64,000 nucleotides of DNA from Oculina patagonica (Eukaryota): assembly GCF_052425735.1 (NCBI RefSeq), contig NC_135762.1:8308001-8372000 (forward strand), in the 5' to 3' direction. The stretch's first letter is position 1, and each line of letters starts with the position of its first letter. The translations under genes were made by a program, and so were the position numbers. Positions 59,769 through 64,000 of the stretch are shown here, piece by piece. The notes under the pieces were generated by a model, which did not search any database, was not told the DNA's origin, and was given only the letters and a program-made list of their open reading frames with translations.

Positions 59769-61239
59769 ATGGCAGCATTTCCTTTTGCAATGCTCTTCAA
59801 ATACACGGCACTAGTTGCCCTGCTTGCTTTCTCGTTAGTTGCTGTTAGCGATGGGTGTGCTTCCAAGAGTGACTGCGGAGCGAATCAAGTCTGCTGCAAC
59901 TACAGATGTGTTTATGGTTCAAGTTGTGTCAATCGGTCCTGTTCGTCTGATTCTAGTTGTTCAAGCGGGGAGAGTTGTTGTAATAAGAAATGTGTTTACG
60001 GCTCAAGTTGTGTCGGTCAGTCTTGTTCGTCTGATTCCGATTTTACATCTAGCGCGGAGAGTTGTTGTAGACGTTAATGCCTTTCCATTCCAAGTTGTGT
60101 CGGCCGTTACTGTTCGACTGATTCCGATTACACCCCTCTGTAACAGACCCAGTGGAATCTTTATCTTCACCGGGTTTTCGGAAAAAAGTCACTGGGTTGG
60201 CCAATTTCACACCGGGTCGGCTTATTTGTGCTGGTTTTTTTTAATTGGTTTATTCGACAAAACACACACTCGCACAGTCACTGGGGAAGCATGGAAATAG
60301 ACAGGTAAAATCAAAATATTCGCTGGGTACCTAAGAGACTAAATTTCCACTGGGTAGGGGAAAATAATCCACTGGGTCGGGTTCCACTGGGTCTGTTACA
60401 GAGGGGTGTACGATTGTTCAAGCGGAGAGAGTTGTTGTAGACGTTCATGCGTTTCCATTTCAAACTGTGTCGGCCTGTACTGTTCGACTGATGACGATTG
60501 TTCAAGTGGGGAGAGTTGTTGTAATAGTGAATGTGTCTACGCATCAAGCTGTGTCGGTCAGTCTTGTTCGTCTTATTCTGATTGTTCTAACGGGGAGATC
60601 GAGAGTTGCTGTAGCCGTTTATGCCTTTCCAGGTCAACTTGTGTCGGTCAGTACTGTTCGTCTGATTCCGATTGTTCTAGCGGGGAGAGTTGCTGTAACG
60701 GCGAATGCAAATATAGCTCCGATTGTTTTGGGTATTCGTGTTCCTCCAACTCTGATTGCGGAAGTTGGGAAAGCTGTTGTAACGGAAAATGCCAATACTC
60801 GAGCGATGATTGTATTGATTCTACCGCCGCCGTCATTGCTGGTGCAGTTATTGGCTCCCTCGTTTTCATCTGCGCGATCTCCATGTGTATTTTCTTCGTT
60901 CACCGACGGCAGAGAACAATTCGTTACGGCAGAGTAATAGAAGGACAGAGAGTAACAGCAACTACTGTCACCACCGCTGGTGCAAATGTACAGAGCAACC
61001 CACCCCACCCTGGGCAGGTAATTCCACCGTCCTACAGCTACCCATACTACCCCCCGCTCCAGTTTGAACATCAGCAACACACGATTAATCCTCCACCATA
61101 CAACCCTGGAACAATGGCAGCAAGTGAACAGCCTCCCCCTTACACTGAAGTACCACAGGGAGGATCAGGGGGAGTTGATGCTCCTAAAACGTCTTTTCCA
61201 TCAGCGGCACCTGTCTTGCAACAACACTGGGAAAGCTAA
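59769..61239 (+). pseudogene. Cys-repeat TM PPxY receptor-like gene, copy 9 (8 modules; premature TAA and MITE insertion)
   Basis: ATG 59769; TAA 60075-60077; MITE 60129-60410; the downstream half is open to 61239. Confidence 0.9.
60129..60410. mobile_element. MITE inserted in the coding region of copy 9
   Basis: Perfect TIR TACACCCCTCTGTAACAGACCCAGTGGAA; CGAT duplicated (60125-60128, 60411-60414); removing it restores CSTDSDC. Confidence 0.93.
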
Positions 61240-64000
61240 GGAATTTTGCCATGATTTCCTTGCTAGTAGCTTTTACAGACAAACTAGTAACTTTTTCAAA
61301 CTTTACAGGCATGATGCATGTGCTGTGAAAATCGCTTTGAGGTTAAGTTTTAATAACAGGTTTTTAACAGTGGCTTTTGCATAATAATGACAGTATTACA
61401 TAATAATGACAGTTGTACTAAAACCGGCCGCCAAAACGAAACGAAACGAATCATTGAGAGCAAACCGTAAACAGGCTAACGTGAGCGTTATTCATGCTAA
61501 CCGGAGTGCTATTTAGGCTAATCTGTGTGCACCGTTTTGTTTCGGATTTTAGTACGTGCCAAATAAAGAGGGATCATTTACTACCAAGATTGTTATACCA
61601 AGGCTGGCGCAAGTCTGATTAGTGTCAGCAATCTCCCTCAGTAGTCGTTTAGATCCCCTCAGTTGGCCCAAGGAGAGACCGCTGACACTTCTGACCAGGC
61701 TTACTTAGTTAGACTTAACCTGGCAGTGGAAAACTGCTACAAATTTAGTTTTGCTCATGACAGGGTCAAAGGATTCCATGAAGTTTAAGTATACTTTATT
61801 CAGTGATTTACTAAAACGTGGAGGCACAAAAACTTTGTTGTTTTCATTCCTGTGAAGACTGTAATTATTGAACAAAGTCAAACACCAGAATATTTAGCGT
61901 AAAAGGTTTCATTAATAATTTGGTGTAAAGAACAATTTGTATTTGCAAGAGGTATAATGGAAGGGCTTTGGGAACAGGGGATATATGCTACACTATTATG
62001 CTCTCATTTTAGTCCTGGTACTGATCGAAAGGATCAGTAGCTGTGTACATGCACCACGGGTACCCCAAATATCATGTAGCATATTTGAAAGATAAGATAT
62101 TATGAAAGAAGAGACAATAAAATTAAATTACAATTATTGCGGGCCCAAGAGAGGCCCGCAACCCTAATCTTGACAGTGACCAGCGGATTGCGTATAACGC
62201 GTGCGCGCCACGTTTATAAAGGCTATCTGCAAACCGGAAGTTGAAAATTTTGTTCTTCCACTAAAAACAATCGGAATGCAAAAAATGTGTCAATCACGAC
62301 AGTTTGTCGTAACACCGGAAGAGAAAAATCTTGTCTCCAAGAGCGATAAGAATGCGAAAAATCAACAGTTTGTCACATTAGATCGAGGCTTCTGTCTTGC
62401 AGACATTACGTTTTGCAGACGTTGTTTTATAGGTGTTGATTTTGAGAAGATCTGCTGTGATTGTATCACAGATAAAATACGGGAAAGCGAATGATTCCAA
62501 CAACTGTTATTCTCGAGAAATTCCTTTAACACTGACAACAAAGCGAGTTTGCCGATGCCACATCTCAATTCACACCGCGTGCTCGACTGCACTTCGCAAA
62601 ACTGTCAATCAAAAAAAACAACTTTGATTGGTTCGCGGCAATAGGAAACGATAAAAAACATTCGTGACTTAAGCGTGACGCTTTACTCGACCTTACTCGG
62701 AATAATCTTCTTTTGTCCAGTGATTTAAAAACACTTCCCTTCAGTACCTTCTCTTAACTGCATTGAGGCCCGCACTTTCTAACCTGTGGTTACCACTCGT
62801 ATGTAGCTTCTAATAAAAGTCATTAATAAACTGTACTACATACTAGCTGTACTGCAAAGATTGTTCTCGGTTTTGCCACCCCCTCCTCCTTCAATATTGT
62901 TTTATACGAGAAAGAATTAACAACAGGGATACCTAAACAATATAGTATGCGGCTTTAAAGTTGCCATAAACCGACAAGCTAGTCTGAATGATGTGAGCCA
63001 TTGACATTAAAGGGATTTTAACAGATTTTTAAACAGTCCAAATTTATATTTGTGTCGAAGAAAACTTGAAACTAATGGTCCATTTTTATTGACAATTGCT
63101 ATTTTAGAGCACTAAAACTGTTTAAAAGCGCGTTTGGCTGCGGATGGCCCGGATGGAAATGGACTTTTGCAATTTGAAAACGTTAGCCAACGTTTTCAAG
63201 TTGTTTCCGCGCGCCTTAAAAAAAAAATCGATATTATTGCCGGAGTTTGATTTCTATCCCCAAATGTTTTCCATGGGTTTAGTTGCCTACTACTTATTTC
63301 AGGACAGTTTAGACCAAAAATCTGCGAGTAAACTTGCGATTGAGCTGGATTCTGGACTTCTGCTGAAGTGATGAGTTTTTTTCATACAGACGACCTCCAC
63401 AATAGTTTTGATGTAATATTCCAGGCGCAGTGGAAAAGTCACGCAATATCGTAAAAGAAAAATTCACGCAATATCGTAACAACTCGATCAATATCGTGAC
63501 AGTTCGCGTCTAACAAGAACTTCAAGTAGTTTATAACCGGGCGGTTAATGTTGGACCACTTCTTTCAGCTTTTTGGCTAGAAAGGCACGGCGCCGCTTTG
63601 TAAAAAAAAAACTTTAGAAAAGCAGTCACTTGAGAAACACACAAGCCGTGTTTGCGTCAGTCACGGAGTGTGCGTGACATGAATTTTCTTTATCACGTCA
63701 TCTCTTGTTTTAAACCACATGCCTGGCCGGATAAATTTCTGCTTACGCATGCAGTATTTATTTTGTTCCGGATGTTGAATAAAATAAACCCAAACCAGTT
63801 GAATGACATTAAAAAGAAGTCCATTTCACGCCAAAATAAAGACTAGACTAAGGCCATCCCGTTGTATTTCTTCGTTAAGCGTCGTCTGACGACTTAAGTC
63901 CGCGGTTTGCAAGAGTCACGGGGTTTGCGTGAACTGTAGCAGTGAGCGAAAATTCCCTTACTCACGTCATCCCTTTCTTTAATAAACTTGCATCAACAAA

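Noticed and set aside
62900-64000. Possible TTAAAGG-starting element near the right edge
   Set aside because: No matching second terminus or coding remnant is identifiable within the window.

Overview
Eukaryotic, AT-rich, transposon-dense animal DNA. The repeat families and gene style suggest a cnidarian, probably a stony coral (inference). From left to right the window holds: (1) the first exon of a non-canonical macro-domain gene on the minus strand; (2) an 8-exon gene (3227-21323) for a mucin-like type I membrane protein, missed as a unit by the ORF track, with phase-compatible splice sites but several frameshifts or stops; its introns contain an Academ-like DNA transposon with nested inserts and a near-complete Ngaro-type tyrosine-recombinase retrotransposon; (3) a tandem array (25.4-61.2 kb) of nine copies of an intronless type I membrane receptor-like gene, of which six are intact, two disrupted and one a 3' fragment; (4) a single-exon class A GPCR and a decayed Harbinger element inside that array. 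Each array protein has a signal peptide, 5-8 copies of a 28-aa six-cysteine module, one TM helix, an ITIM-like or YxxM tyrosine motif and three PPxY motifs. The array shows repeat-number variation, a highly variable distal module, mosaic copies and recent 4.06-kb duplications. It is the best candidate for an undescribed system. Many MITEs and truncated LINEs with readable TSDs are also present. All family assignments come from motif recognition only; no database searches were run.
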